A model generated the notes under the pieces. The model made no database searches and had not been told where the DNA came from. It saw nothing but the letters and a program-made list of their open reading frames with translations. A stretch of 64,000 bases of DNA from Laetmonice hystrix (taxonomy: Eukaryota), in assembly GCA_965235115.1 (NCBI GenBank), contig OZ249450.1, positions 16,740,001 through 16,804,000 on the forward strand. Direction: 5' to 3'. Of the stretch, positions 46,594-58,600 are shown one piece after another. Position 1 is the stretch's first letter. Every line of letters starts with the position of its first letter. Position numbers and translations under genes: made by a program.

Positions 46594-47410
46594 TCAATTG
46601 TATTCATCATTGCTGTCTTCATCAGATGACTCCATGTATCTTGGCGGAGGATCATGATCTTCATCGACACCGCCGTCATCCATAACACCATCTCCCTGAA
46701 CATTGTCATCCGACTCTGTCTCAACCTCAATCTCTAGAATGAGTGCAGGGAGCAGCTGTTCTCCATCCAACCAAATAACGCCAAATTCGCCATCGACATA
46801 TTCCCATCCGTAGGTAGGTGTTTTGTCTAGGTCTTGTTGATGAGCACTACCCCACAGTCTGGTAACAAATGCACTTCTATCGATGTGAGGAGCTAGTTCT
46901 GCTTCACACGGTGGGATGCTGCTGGCTGCAATGCCTTGGAGCTTGTCAAATGGATGTCCAGCATTTGACTTTCGATTGTAGGTTTGGTCGGCCACATTGA
47001 ACCGGTGCTTGTTGAGTGGGACACTTTTCTGTTCTCCGTACAACACACAGACAAAATCTTGCAAGACTTTGATGACTTCCTCTGTTGGGACAGTGCGGCT
47101 CAATGAAGCAAAAGGTCTCTGGAACTTGTCACTTTTTGTCCCAATCGCATGTAATGGCCTGCCCTTTCCTTTTCTTGCAAAAGCAGAAGTATAGTCACAG
47201 CCAGTAAATGTGTGCAGTCCAGGCAGTGCAGTGCTCATCTCATGGCCTATCGTAGCAGCAATCTTAGTTACATTTACAATGCAGGTTGTCTTGTCCTCTG
47301 TTTCCAACCTCCATCCAGACAGTGGATTAAACACGATGTAGATGGTGCAGGAACAACACGAGAATGTCGCTATCTGAAGCTCTAATGACAATGTCTCCAG
47401 GTGTACACAT
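46594..47410 (-). mobile_element. Frameshifted DNA-transposon remnant encoding an XPG/PIN-like nuclease domain (Academ-like)
   Basis: IVIRASDSDILVLFLHH (47341-47398, other frame, ends in a stop), then ALPGLHTFTGCDYTSAFARKGK...PPC...L..H..RSAFV..LW...YGW and an acidic tail. Academ transposons are known to encode an XPG-like domain. Superfamily not verified. Confidence 0.6.
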
Positions 47411-48224
47411 CTACATAATTCTTAATGATAAATCTTCTGTTTCAGAGAAAGCTTAGAATTTTAATATTAATTTTTTTTGTCTTAAAACTTGTCAGATCTC
47501 GAGCAGAACATAGTCATATAAATGAACCAATGTAAGCATTTCAAATACAATACTCAGTTAGATTTGAAATTGAGGGAATAAAATAGAACTTGAAGCTTTA
47601 GTAAAGATGTTGTCGCCAAAAAAAAATTGGTAAAACTTAGGAAATATATTCTCGGGGCATTAGGCCTCATAAGCATTATGTTTAAAAAAAAGCCTGATAA
47701 AACTACTCGTACTGTACAATACATTCGTGTAGTCATCGAGAATCTAGTATTTCCTGTATTCCTGACATAAAATAACTATAAGGTCCCATTTAAAAATTAA
47801 GTAAATTGACATCAAATATGCTCATATTCCCCCTCCTGATGGGTAATATGAGCACATGCTCATATCTACCTCTTCTGTGCTCATATTACCACGAAGTGGC
47901 AAAAATAGATATCGAAATGGTATGTTAACAAATTGCCCCGCCCTACGTTATGGGAGGGGCGATAAAAATAGGGACTTGTGGAGAATATCTTTGTTTAAAA
48001 TTGTGTGTCATTTTGTTTTATATGTTCATTGTTTCTAGGCAGAGTAGGCCTACTAGGCTACTTCTGTATCATAGGCCTACAAGTTAAAAAATTAAGCTTT
48101 TAAAGTTGGAAGTCTTGAAGCTGTTAAATAAATGTTAAAAATTTGACCTTTTTATTGAGTTTTGAAAACTTGATTTTCACCCTACGTTGCAGAAGAATGC
48201 ACAATTTGCATGAATTTAGTTTTT

Positions 48225-49207
48225 AATAGTGTGCCTTCGGCCTTCGGCCTTCGGCCTTCGGCACACAATGCAGTCGCGCTGGCTATAGATAGTCAGGTGC
48301 CGACAACTACTAGGCTATATGCCTGTGTCAACCCCGTCTTTTCTCTATTGTACATTTAAATATAATGCAAAAAGGGTCTAGGCCTAATAATATGTAAAAT
48401 TCGAAATGGCCCCACATAATCTCTGCATTGGCCTATAAGCCTAGGCCTAGTCAACCAGTCGCCGATAAGTCATTTGGACAAAATAACCTGTCTACCAACA
48501 ACGGCAACGGGCCACACAGTCGATATGCGGCAGCGCCTACTGGCGGGAATTTTGGTAACCATGACCGAGTTCGCCAAAAGTAAACACACGTATTGTTAGC
48601 GGATTAGCTGGAGATTCTCTTACAATCTGTAAAGCTAATAAAATTTTATGATCATTTTAACCATTGATACCTTATCCCTGATTGATATACGATAGTTATG
48701 TTTCTGTTCGTCGTTATTGATGTTCGAAGTGCCGAAGCGAAGCGTAAGACAGTCCGCCATTACGCAAACTTGACCGCCGACAGTAGCGCCAATGGCGGCA
48801 ACTGAGTACACTGAATAGGGTGCTGCCATCTGTCGTTTTAGCTCTGAACTAATATTTAGTTCCAAGTCAAAACGACAGATGGCAGCACCCTTTCCGTGCC
48901 ATCTAGCGGGAATTGTGGAACTAATCACGATTCACCGGAAGCGGTGGAACTTCGCTTCGGTTGGAGAATTAATCGGTCTTTGGTTTGGCGCTTCAAACGT
49001 TGCGACGAGCGAAATAATGATTATCACTAGTCAAGAGGGAGGTAAGAAGTCAAAGGTTGAAATGATGATTGAATTTCCTGCAGATTCTAAGTGAATTGTC
49101 AAACAAATCGTGTTGAACGTGTGTTGATGTAAAATAATGTCAGCTTTCAAGGGTTCATAAAAGTGCCGCCAGTAGGCGCTGGTGTATATTGACCATTCCG
49201 AGAATGG
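48225..49207 (-). mobile_element. Helentron/MITE-like element, copy 2 (inverted relative to copy 1)
   Basis: Reverse complement aligns with 1082-2030 along its length. The terminal hairpin is expanded to GTGTGCC(TTCGGCC)3TTCGGCACAC. Confidence 0.65.
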
Positions 49208-50068
49208 GCCCCGGGGACCCCAGCTGGTGGTGTGGGCGGCGCCTCCCAGAACCTCTCACCACTCCAGGCAGAGTATTATAGCATTAAGCCTAGTTGTAGG
49301 CTTTGGGCGGTAGATTTTGAAGTTCTGATGCCAAATACCACATCAAGGGTTCTGGTTACTAAAACTCTACCGCTTAAAATTTTAAATGTTATTTTGTTCC
49401 CACATACTGACATAGCCATAGGCCCAGTGGCGGTCCTAGGGGACAAGGGGGGGGGGGGGGCAAATGACCCCAGAAATTTAGTTTGCCCCCCCCAGTGCCA
49501 TTTAAAGATCTATGACATATCTCTCCCCCCCCCAATTTTCTGTTTGCCCCCACTGCAATGTACTTACTTATGTTCTTTATGAAAAGTCTAAAAGCGTTTT
49601 TGTAGTGAGAAGAAAATCGTTCCTATGTTCCTGGACTGGCTAGAGCTTTGATGTGTTACTGTTGGCTGAAGGTATAGTTATATTAGTCTGATACAGGGCG
49701 CCAATGCCAATTCTGCGTGTACTTGCCAAGCTAAAGCTCGTGAATACCGCCTAAGAGTACGTTGCGGGTTCAATGTAGTGAATATAAGTTATGATTTAGA
49801 TATGACGGAAATACTGCCTACCCGCACCCACACCCCCGCGACCTACCCAAAAAAAGCTCTAGTGTTTCGACTGAGTGAAAGGCCTCTATTTCTTACATTC
49901 TAGGACATTTGACCACTATATACTGGCTGGTTCCAGAACAATTAGTGAAAAAACACCCTATAACGTATTTGACGATTTCTGCAAAGCGTAAGTATAGAAC
50001 GTCCCTATATTCTGTTGGAACAGGTGCCCGCCAGCCAGTGCAGGTGCGTACGTTGATTCGGTCGGCGG

Positions 50069-50082
50069 CCAGTAGGTGGCAG
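50069..50082 (+). promoter_or_regulatory. Candidate CTCF binding site within a diverged relative of the macrosatellite unit
   Basis: CCAGTAGGTGGCAG matches the consensus. Flanks 50021-50090 resemble 56460-56530. Confidence 0.45.
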
Positions 50083-50954
50083 TGCTCTGTCCCCATGTAT
50101 TTCTGCATGTATTTCTTGGGCTACATTATGAAATTTCTTTCTAGGCTATCTCATCCGTCTTCTTCTTTCCGGTTCAGTCAACAGTATTTTGTGAAGAAAG
50201 AACAATTGGCCACATCTGAACAACCTGAACTGAGTAAGGGGACGATACCGCCACCGAGCGACAGACCATGGAACCAAAGGTATTCAGCTTGTATTCGTAG
50301 AGGACGTGGAGAAGGGAAAATATCAGGTCAATTTTGACATGCCAATTTTGTTAAAACGAAATACGTTTATTAATTTGAAAGAGGAGACAAAAGAACATAT
50401 TTGTCTAACTTGATGCCTAAGATGTAATTTCAATTTGGCGTATCAATAATGATTTTCGTTTAGTCTTGAAATCCCTATTCCCGTGTGGCAGGTCCTACCC
50501 AGCGTGGTGATTCCCTCGGTTCCCGGAAGGTGGCAGTACAGTCGGATGACTCTTTGGCCCTGTCCTCGTCTGTCCCAAGGGCTGCTGTCTTCTGATCCTT
50601 TCCAGACTGCGATGTCAAGCCTACAGGCAATCTGTATCTATAGGGGCATATACATGACGTTCTACTACAATAGCTTATCGCAGTTTATTGGAACAAGATC
50701 AGTAATCAGTAAATATCCTCTGGAAACTGCACGATTAATTGCACTACAATGAAATATAGCGCCCCCCTACACGGGAATGGCCTGTACCATTGGTGGCAGT
50801 GCTGTCGGTTGATCCAAGTGACCTCATATAACTCCTCCGCCAGTATGTTTGACCAGATCATTCTGTGCGCATTGGGTACAGGTATGCTGTTTATACATGT
50901 ACTATGATCTATCCAGCTTATGGCATATAAGTTATCTGTGCGATAGACTTAGGA

Positions 50955-51130
50955 AGCAGGAGAATGCGGGAATTATGGAACTAATCGCAATTCATCGGCA
51001 GCGGTGGAACTTCGCTTCGGTTCGGCACTTCAAACGTTCATAGCGACGAACGAAATAGGTAACTGCTTATCGTGTGGTAAAAGTGCCGCCAGTAGGCGCT
51101 GGAATATTGACCGTTCCAGAAATGGGTAGC
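50955..51130 (-). mobile_element. Helentron/MITE-like element, internally deleted copy 3
   Basis: Contains GCGGGAATTATGGAACTAATC...CTTCGCTTCGGTT and the terminus AAAGTGCCGCCAGTAGGCGCTGG..ATATTGACCGTTCC..AATGGG. Confidence 0.6.
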
Positions 51131-52325
51131 ACGTTTGCTGTATTGTGTGTCCCAAAACGACAAAGCTGTAGAGTTGCCAACTATGCTATAGGCCCTAGGC
51201 TATTCTGCCTGGAGTGGTCGTTTTGGGACGCCCCCAAACAGAACGACCCACGTTTCCTGCAGGCTCTGATCTCAGTGCTGGTCCCAATCTCAATGACATG
51301 TACTATGAATAGTATGATGTACCTAGGGCTGTTTACTTTGTTGGAGGTTATGTTTTAAAATCTGTGACGTTTTAGGGTCAACCCAAATGGTCAAATGTTT
51401 TCAAATTCGACGTAGTGGACCTTTTAACCTATGGCGAAGTACTATAAAGTTCAGTAGTATCCAAATATACTTGTAGGATATAATACCAAAGAGAAGTGGG
51501 CAGTTGTGTCTACTCATAAGGACCGAATTTGGCCAACACAACACGATACGCAGATATTTACAGGTTTGCGTATATTCTTACGTGCGTGCGTGATAAAATT
51601 CTGGATTCTCTCGGGCAGAAATGATTGAGGGATTCCTGATTGTGATAATATGTGTAATAACCTGAACAAGTGTATCTATAGACCCAAGTTGATGTTATTG
51701 CTAACATTATTGCAACCTGGATATGCAAATGACGTTAAATAGCCTCAAACCTCACGGTAGCGCCTAAAGTGCGCCAAGCGATTGTGACGTCAAAAAATTT
51801 CCCATAGGATTAGCATTGACAGGGTCGACAGGTTCACAAAAACCAGCCTTTATATTCACAATCTAACTTTCTAAACTATAAATCAAACTTTATCCTAGAG
51901 TAAACATCCCGGTAATCATGTATTGTAATGCTCAACATTAACACGACTTGACTGCAGAATGAAAATATTTCAAAGTTGAAGTGTTCCCTATGGCCATCGC
52001 AATGTTAACCAGCGAGGCTATCTGCTCCTTGTCCCGCTAACGCGAAATCTTTTGAATTCTCGTGACATACTTAAACGCCCTATTGTTTTAGACCTTTATG
52101 GGGGAAGGGCTGTGTTCATATTATACTTGTTTATAGTATAAGCTGTCTGTATGTAAAGTTATTTTCCAAAATATTATTTTGGTTATTGGTTTTTCTATAA
52201 TCAGGTTTCTGGTCAAAGATTAGCAAATTTGCAGGGGGTTCATTCAATCTGCACATTGCAGTGGTGGATCCAGGAAGCCCAGACCCCTCTTAGATTTTCG
52301 TATGCAATTCTTCTTTTGTTTCCAG

Positions 52326-52388
52326 ACCACACATCTACCTTAACAGTTACGAGACGGTTACGGAAGTATTCGTAAAACGTGGCGACAG
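52326..52388 (+). pseudogene. Isolated exon with a cytochrome P450-like (clan 2) peptide
   Basis: ttcttttgtttccag|A PHIYLNSYETVTEVFVKRGD R|GTATGT recalls P-VVLN-YE-VKEAFVK-G. No convincing remainder of a P450 was found. Confidence 0.3.
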
Positions 52389-55227
52389 GTATGTTGGACA
52401 CTTGTATATTCAAGTTCGTATCGTATGTATGCCTACATATTCACACACATTTAAAATATAAAGTTTAGAGAAGAAAATAGAAAGTGAAATTACATATTAG
52501 AGAGAGAGGGAGGGAGGGAGGGAGGTCTAGATGTGATCTTCAAGCCTGTAGGCCTATAGTGTGAACTTTCTCGTGTGTAACCATGGTAATTGTCTGCCAC
52601 TGATCCCGTTTCCACAGGTCCACCGGCATGTATTGGATCCTCAATGGTGAAGGTCGAGTTGTTCCTCTTCACAACCCGTGTCTTCCATCGTTTCTGGTTC
52701 GCGATTCCAGAAGGGGAACCCCCGCCGTCCTTGGCAAGAAAATCATTCTCTGCTCCCGCTGCGTACCGCATGAGGGCGCTGCAGCGCTGAACATCAAACC
52801 GATGTCGAGTCAGGATATATAATCATTTTCTTCGAATCAGCTAAGCTTTGGATCAAGAAATTATACAACAGTTTCGGAAACAAATATTATCAAACGGTAA
52901 TATTATTATGTGTATTTTATAGGCCTACTTTACATAATGCTGTAGCTGGAGCATCTTTCATTATTTTTCGTGATACGTTAAATCTAGTGAGAACTTTTGA
53001 ATGAATTTTAAGACTTTTCACTGACAAGAGGTTAGCATTCATTGGATCAAAAGGAAATAACACCAACGGCTATAACAAGAAACGTTTTTATTCTAACTTT
53101 AGTTGTATTTTGCTGAACCGTTTTGATCGGATGAAGAAACAAATCCACCTATATAATTGACATCTAGGCGTCCGTGTGAATTTGATTGCACTCCTTAATT
53201 TCATTGTAATTTCGAGTTAAAGTATAAAACCAATTACAAGAATTAGAGTCGCACAGCCAGAAGAAAATGCAGAGTGACTTTCCACCTTTAAATTAATATA
53301 CTTTCTTGGGCGCTATCCTGACCAGTAGGACCACCAGGGCCGGGTTTAGAGGGATGAAGATTATTCACATACTGAATAAACAATACTATTGAATGTTCTG
53401 TGTCTCGTTATTCTTTCGTTGACAAGTAACTTTTTATATTTTATATGTTTTGAGATAAAATCTGAAGTTTGTGGCTCGTTCTTGGAGATAACAGAAGTAG
53501 GCACATGTTCTTTCAATACAAACTGCACTGTAAAATCCGGTGCGTTCACCTTCGAAACTTTTCCTCTGATGATGATGTCATACCAATGATTTCCTTAATT
53601 CGCTCTAACTTAAGAATTTTGAAAAGTTTACATGCAACTCTTTGACATGAAACTCTCTATCAAATCAGTTAACTATAGCTAATGAACAAAGTGGTCACAA
53701 CACTATACTATGAAAGACAGCGTCGTGATGACATGATCGAATCTGCCTTGTGTTGGGGGCTGTCGGACCACAAGTGGCGCTGCTGTATCATACCGTCGTT
53801 TTTAAAGACAAAAATCTAAAACTTTAAAAAATACAGCAGATTGAAGAAAGTAGGGTTATGACATACGTTATACCGAGGAAAAAGTTTGGAGGTGAAGACA
53901 AGGGATTTTAGCTTCATCTTTGTTCGCTAGACTGTCCGATAACCAAACAAGCTAAAAACTGCATATTCTCGTCCTGAAAATTGCTGATCTCCCCCCCCCC
54001 CTCAAAAAAAAAAATCCACTCGCCCTCAAGCAATCGTGTATGCCCTATGCCTATGCTATAACTTATAAGTTGCACGGCTCACGCCGCCCTAGCGGGAGAA
54101 CAGTGAAACAGTCTACCGTAACTGTTGCGCCCCCTGGTGCCCTAGACAGGAACGACGGAGTCCAAGCGCTCAATATATCCATTATCGCTCACGCACGGAA
54201 GATCGAATAAATTAGCCCTAAAACTCACTCCTGAGGTGTTTTAGTCAAATGTATGTGTTCAGACATTATATTGTAACTTCCCATGACTATCTGAGCAATT
54301 ATCAGACGTACATTGCAAGTATTTCTCGTATATCCCATCCGCGCTTGTCGATCCCATCGTATTTACAACGCGGCTCAGTTCGCTTCACATATTATCGCCC
54401 ACATGCGCCGTTTATAAAGGGCCTTATTTGGGCATTTTCGCTCTACGATGCACTACCGCCACCTTGTGCCCGACACGGGAACTTCAGATTCCAAGCGCCC
54501 AAGTTGACATCGGCGAAGAAACATGGACCGGCGGCACCGAAACAACTTTCGTCTCGACAGTCTGCAAAACGATCAGCCAGGACACCGTGGAATTAAACGT
54601 TGTGTGGAAATTGGATCAATGTTTAGGCCTAATCTATTTTTTTTTAAATCAAAATCAGGATCAATAGGCCTAAATTAATAAAAAGGGACACGATTCTTTT
54701 TAGGCCTAATAATATAATAATATAATAGAGGGGGGGCTAGATCTAGGCTCAACTTATTCAGAGCCTTGAGCATTACCTCCTCTCAGACAGTGTAAATATT
54801 AAAAATAGGATAGGCCTAGTCGCGGGCGCTTCCCGGCTTTGTCTTTCCGTCAGCGTCTGTAGCCTAGAATGGGGGAGCGGGTTGCCGGCCTACGCTACAG
54901 GCGGCAGGTATCCTGAGTCGAACGAGCCGACCGCAGCGCCGCCTTCCGGGAATAGCTTGAACGAGTGGCGTTCAGGTTGCCATGTTTTGGAGGCGAAGGG
55001 TGAAAAATCGGCTCAATTTTCAAATGTCAATTTTTTAAACTGTTACAGGCTTAACCATTTTTGGTGGTATCTAATACACATCTAACAGTGAGTATTACAT
55101 TCGATTTTCAAACACAAAGGTCCAAAACTTTTAACGATAGAGCGGGTTGAAGAAATCAGGGGTATGACGTCATCTTCCGTGGAAAAAGTTTGGCGGTGAG
55201 AACAAAGGACTTTAGATCCAACTTTGT

Positions 55228-55241
55228 CCGCTAGATGGCGA
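55228..55241 (+). promoter_or_regulatory. Candidate CTCF binding site just upstream of the macrosatellite
   Basis: CCGCTAGATGGCGA. Motif match only. Confidence 0.4.
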
Positions 55242-55640
55242 CAAGGTCTTCTGCACGAAGGCCTTCCTGTTATGGAGCACTGCCGATCGTTTAACACACT
55301 TTCGGGTCTCGAGGTAGCCTACAATATGCTTCGATGGTATAGTCTAGGCCCTATTTCAAAATTTTGAGTGAGCCCTAGACCTGAATAGACATGAAAACCC
55401 TTCGGTTTATTCGACTTTGAAGCTCAATAGTCTACGCCCGCGCGGTCGCAATACCGGCGAATATAGGCCTATTCTGCAGGAAAAACAGATAAGCCAATGT
55501 CTTCTGGACAATAATTGCATGAAAACTTTAAATGTAGTGACATGAATAATCTCTTTTTGCTAGGTCCAAGATCCCTGACTGTTAGCAAACGTCTTGTTTA
55601 GTGCGTCTTTCAGGGCGGCGCAGGCCTTCAAGCTGCCTCC

Positions 55641-58600
55641 TTCACTGTGGCTGTGACCGTACGATGCACTAGCGCCCCCTATACGCGAAAGCCCGAGTTA
55701 CAACGCCAAGAGCCACGGCCGAGGGCAGCACCATGTACAGTCAAGAAGGCTAAAACACCAATAAAAGACGTGGGATCGTTACGAAAAAACGCACAACACA
55801 AGCCAGATACGTCTTCCTTCATGAGATATTTTTATTTCTTGATCTCAAAGAATAAAACCCCCTCAAAATGTGATTTTTCAGAGAAGAAGTAGATTTGTGG
55901 AGATCATCTTTTGCCTCCTGTGCTGGTCCTATGGTAGTAACGTGGTGACTTTTGATTTGTGAAAGAGGCCAACGATACGCACGACGCTCCTAAAGCTTCA
56001 GATCGCAACTTTTCTTTGCATGTACTTTTTAAACCCTAAATCCCCTATTATCGCTCAACAGGGGAAATAAAAGTTTTTTTCTGAGCTAATCATAAGGGAA
56101 AGAGCCCCCAAAACGGTCAAAGTATATATTTCGAGACACCCTCGAATTTTTGGGCTATTTGAAATTCACAGAAAGTATTTTATTTAGCTGGGAGAGCGAT
56201 TTCTAGAAAACGTGAAAAGGGTGCAAAACACGCAAAAAGAGACGTTTTGCCAAAACGTATGACGGATTTTTTAAAGCTCAATAATTCAAAAACGTGGCAA
56301 TCTTTCAACAAAAAATTGATTGATCCACATTCTGGAGACGATTCTCTACACGTCTGGCTAAAAATGATAATTTTGGGGGCGTTATTTAAATTTGACGTTT
56401 CAAAAATGAAGCAATTTTCAGCTTAGCATTGGAGATTCCTATCTATCCGCGAAGCACGGCAGGTGCCCGCCAGTGAGTGCAAGTGTACTCAGTGATTCGA
56501 TGGCCCGCCGCAAGGTGGCACTGCAGTCGGACAAAGCTGGTCGGCCTGGCCGGGGGAGTGTCTGAGTGCGTCCTCGGAGGTCTGGGGTATATTGGCCTAT
56601 AACTGAAGGTATGTGTCAGTCTTTCCTAAACATAGAATCTGCAACAAAAATAGGTTCCGTTGTGAAGGTTCTGGGATCTCCCCAAGCCAACTGCATGGCA
56701 ACTATATGAAGAAATATGTACACATGGGCGTGGGAGGATATTTTACACTTAGAGAGGAGAAGCATCAACCAATCCCATTGTTCTGCATTAGCCAAATCCC
56801 AAGGGGTTAAGTTGGGGGTCCTACCGCCTGCCCCCTTGCCAGGGGTCTACAGTTTTCATGGTGACATTGGCGCTACGATGCACTAGCGCCTCCTACATGC
56901 GGCGGCCAGCAGTTGCCCAAGTTGATACGACCGGCAGCCGTGAGGTGGCACTGCAGTCGGATGAGCCCGTGTCCATCGACGGCTTTCTCCTCAGGCTCCT
57001 CGAATCGAAAGCCTGTACAGTTGAGAATATCTCCTTTATATGGGATTCATAACTTATTCATTCGCTATTGTAAATTAAACTGTAACGGCAATATCTTTTA
57101 TATGGGACAAGATGATTCATTCACACCGAGGCCTCTAGTGCAAATGGATTAGAGAGATTACCCACCAAATAGGCATATCTCCTGATCTAGAAACGTGTAG
57201 CAACGTCAAAATGTGGCGACAATGGCTTTTTTGGACAGATAATTGGGGTTAACCTGGTCGAGACCCTCTTTGAGGGACGCGTCTTCAATCTACTTGCTTT
57301 ACTGTGGCTGTGACGGTACGATGCACTAGCGAAAGCCCGAGTTACAACGCCAAGGAGCCAGGGCCGACGCAGCACCATGTACAGTCAAGGAGGCTAAAAC
57401 ACCAATAAAAGACGTGGGATCGTTACGAAAAAAGGCACAACACAAGCCAGATATGTCTTCCTTCATGAAATATTTTTATTTCTTGATCTCAAAGAATAAA
57501 ACCCCCTCAAAATGTGATTTTCCAGAGAAGAAGTAGATTTGTGGAGATCATCTTTTGCCTCCTGTGCTGGTCCTATGGTAGTAACGTGGTGACTTTTGAT
57601 TTGTGAAAGAGGCCAACGATACGCACGACGCTCCTAAAGCTTCAGATCGCAACTTTTCTTTGCATGTACTTTTTAAACCCTATATCCCCTATTATCGCTC
57701 AACAGGGGAAATAAAAGTTTTTTTCTGAGCTAATCATAAGGGAAAGAGCCCCCAAAACGGTCAAAGTATATATTTCGAGACACCCTCGAATTTTTGGGCT
57801 ATTTGAAATTCACAAAAAGTATTTTATTTAGCTGGGAGAGCGATTTCTAGAAAACGTGAAAAGGGTGCAAAACACGCAAAAAGAGACGTTTTGCCAAAAC
57901 GTATGACGGATTTTTTAAAGCTCAATAATTCAAAAACGTGGCAATCTTTCAACAAAAAATTGATTGATCCACATTCTGGAGACGATTCTCTACACGTCTG
58001 GCTAAAAATGATAATTTTGGGGGCGTTATTTAAATTTGACGTTTCAAAAATGAAGCAATTTTCAGCTTAGCATTGGAGATTCCTATCTATCCGCGAAGCA
58101 CGGCAGGTGCCCGCCAGTGAGTGCAAGTGTACTCAGTGATTCGATGACCCGCCGCAAGGTGGCACTGCAGTCGGACAAAGCTGGTCGGCCTGGCCGGGGG
58201 AGTGTCTGAGTGCGTCCTCGGAGGTCTGGGGTATATTGGCCTATAACTGAAGGTATGTGTCAGTCTTTCCTAAACATAGAATCTGCAACAAAAATAGGTT
58301 CCGTTGTGAAGGTTCTGGGATCTCCCCAAGCCAACTGCATGGCAAATATTATGAAGAAATATGTACACATGGGCGTGGGAGGATATTTTACACTTAGAGA
58401 GGAGAAGCATCAACCAATCCCATTGTTCTGCATTAGCCAAATCCCAAGGGGTTAAGTTGGGGGTCCTACCGCCTGCCCCCTTGCCAGGGGTCTACAGTTT
58501 TCATGGTGACATTGGCGCTACGATGCACTAGCGCCTCCTACATGCGGCGGCCAGCAGGTGCCCAAGTTGATACGACCGGCAGCCGTGAGGTGGCACTGCA

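Noticed and set aside
54428-54667. GGTETT resembling a P450 I-helix
   Set aside because: Flanking residues do not fit the helix, there are no splice sites in register, and the adjacent DNA resembles the satellite module.
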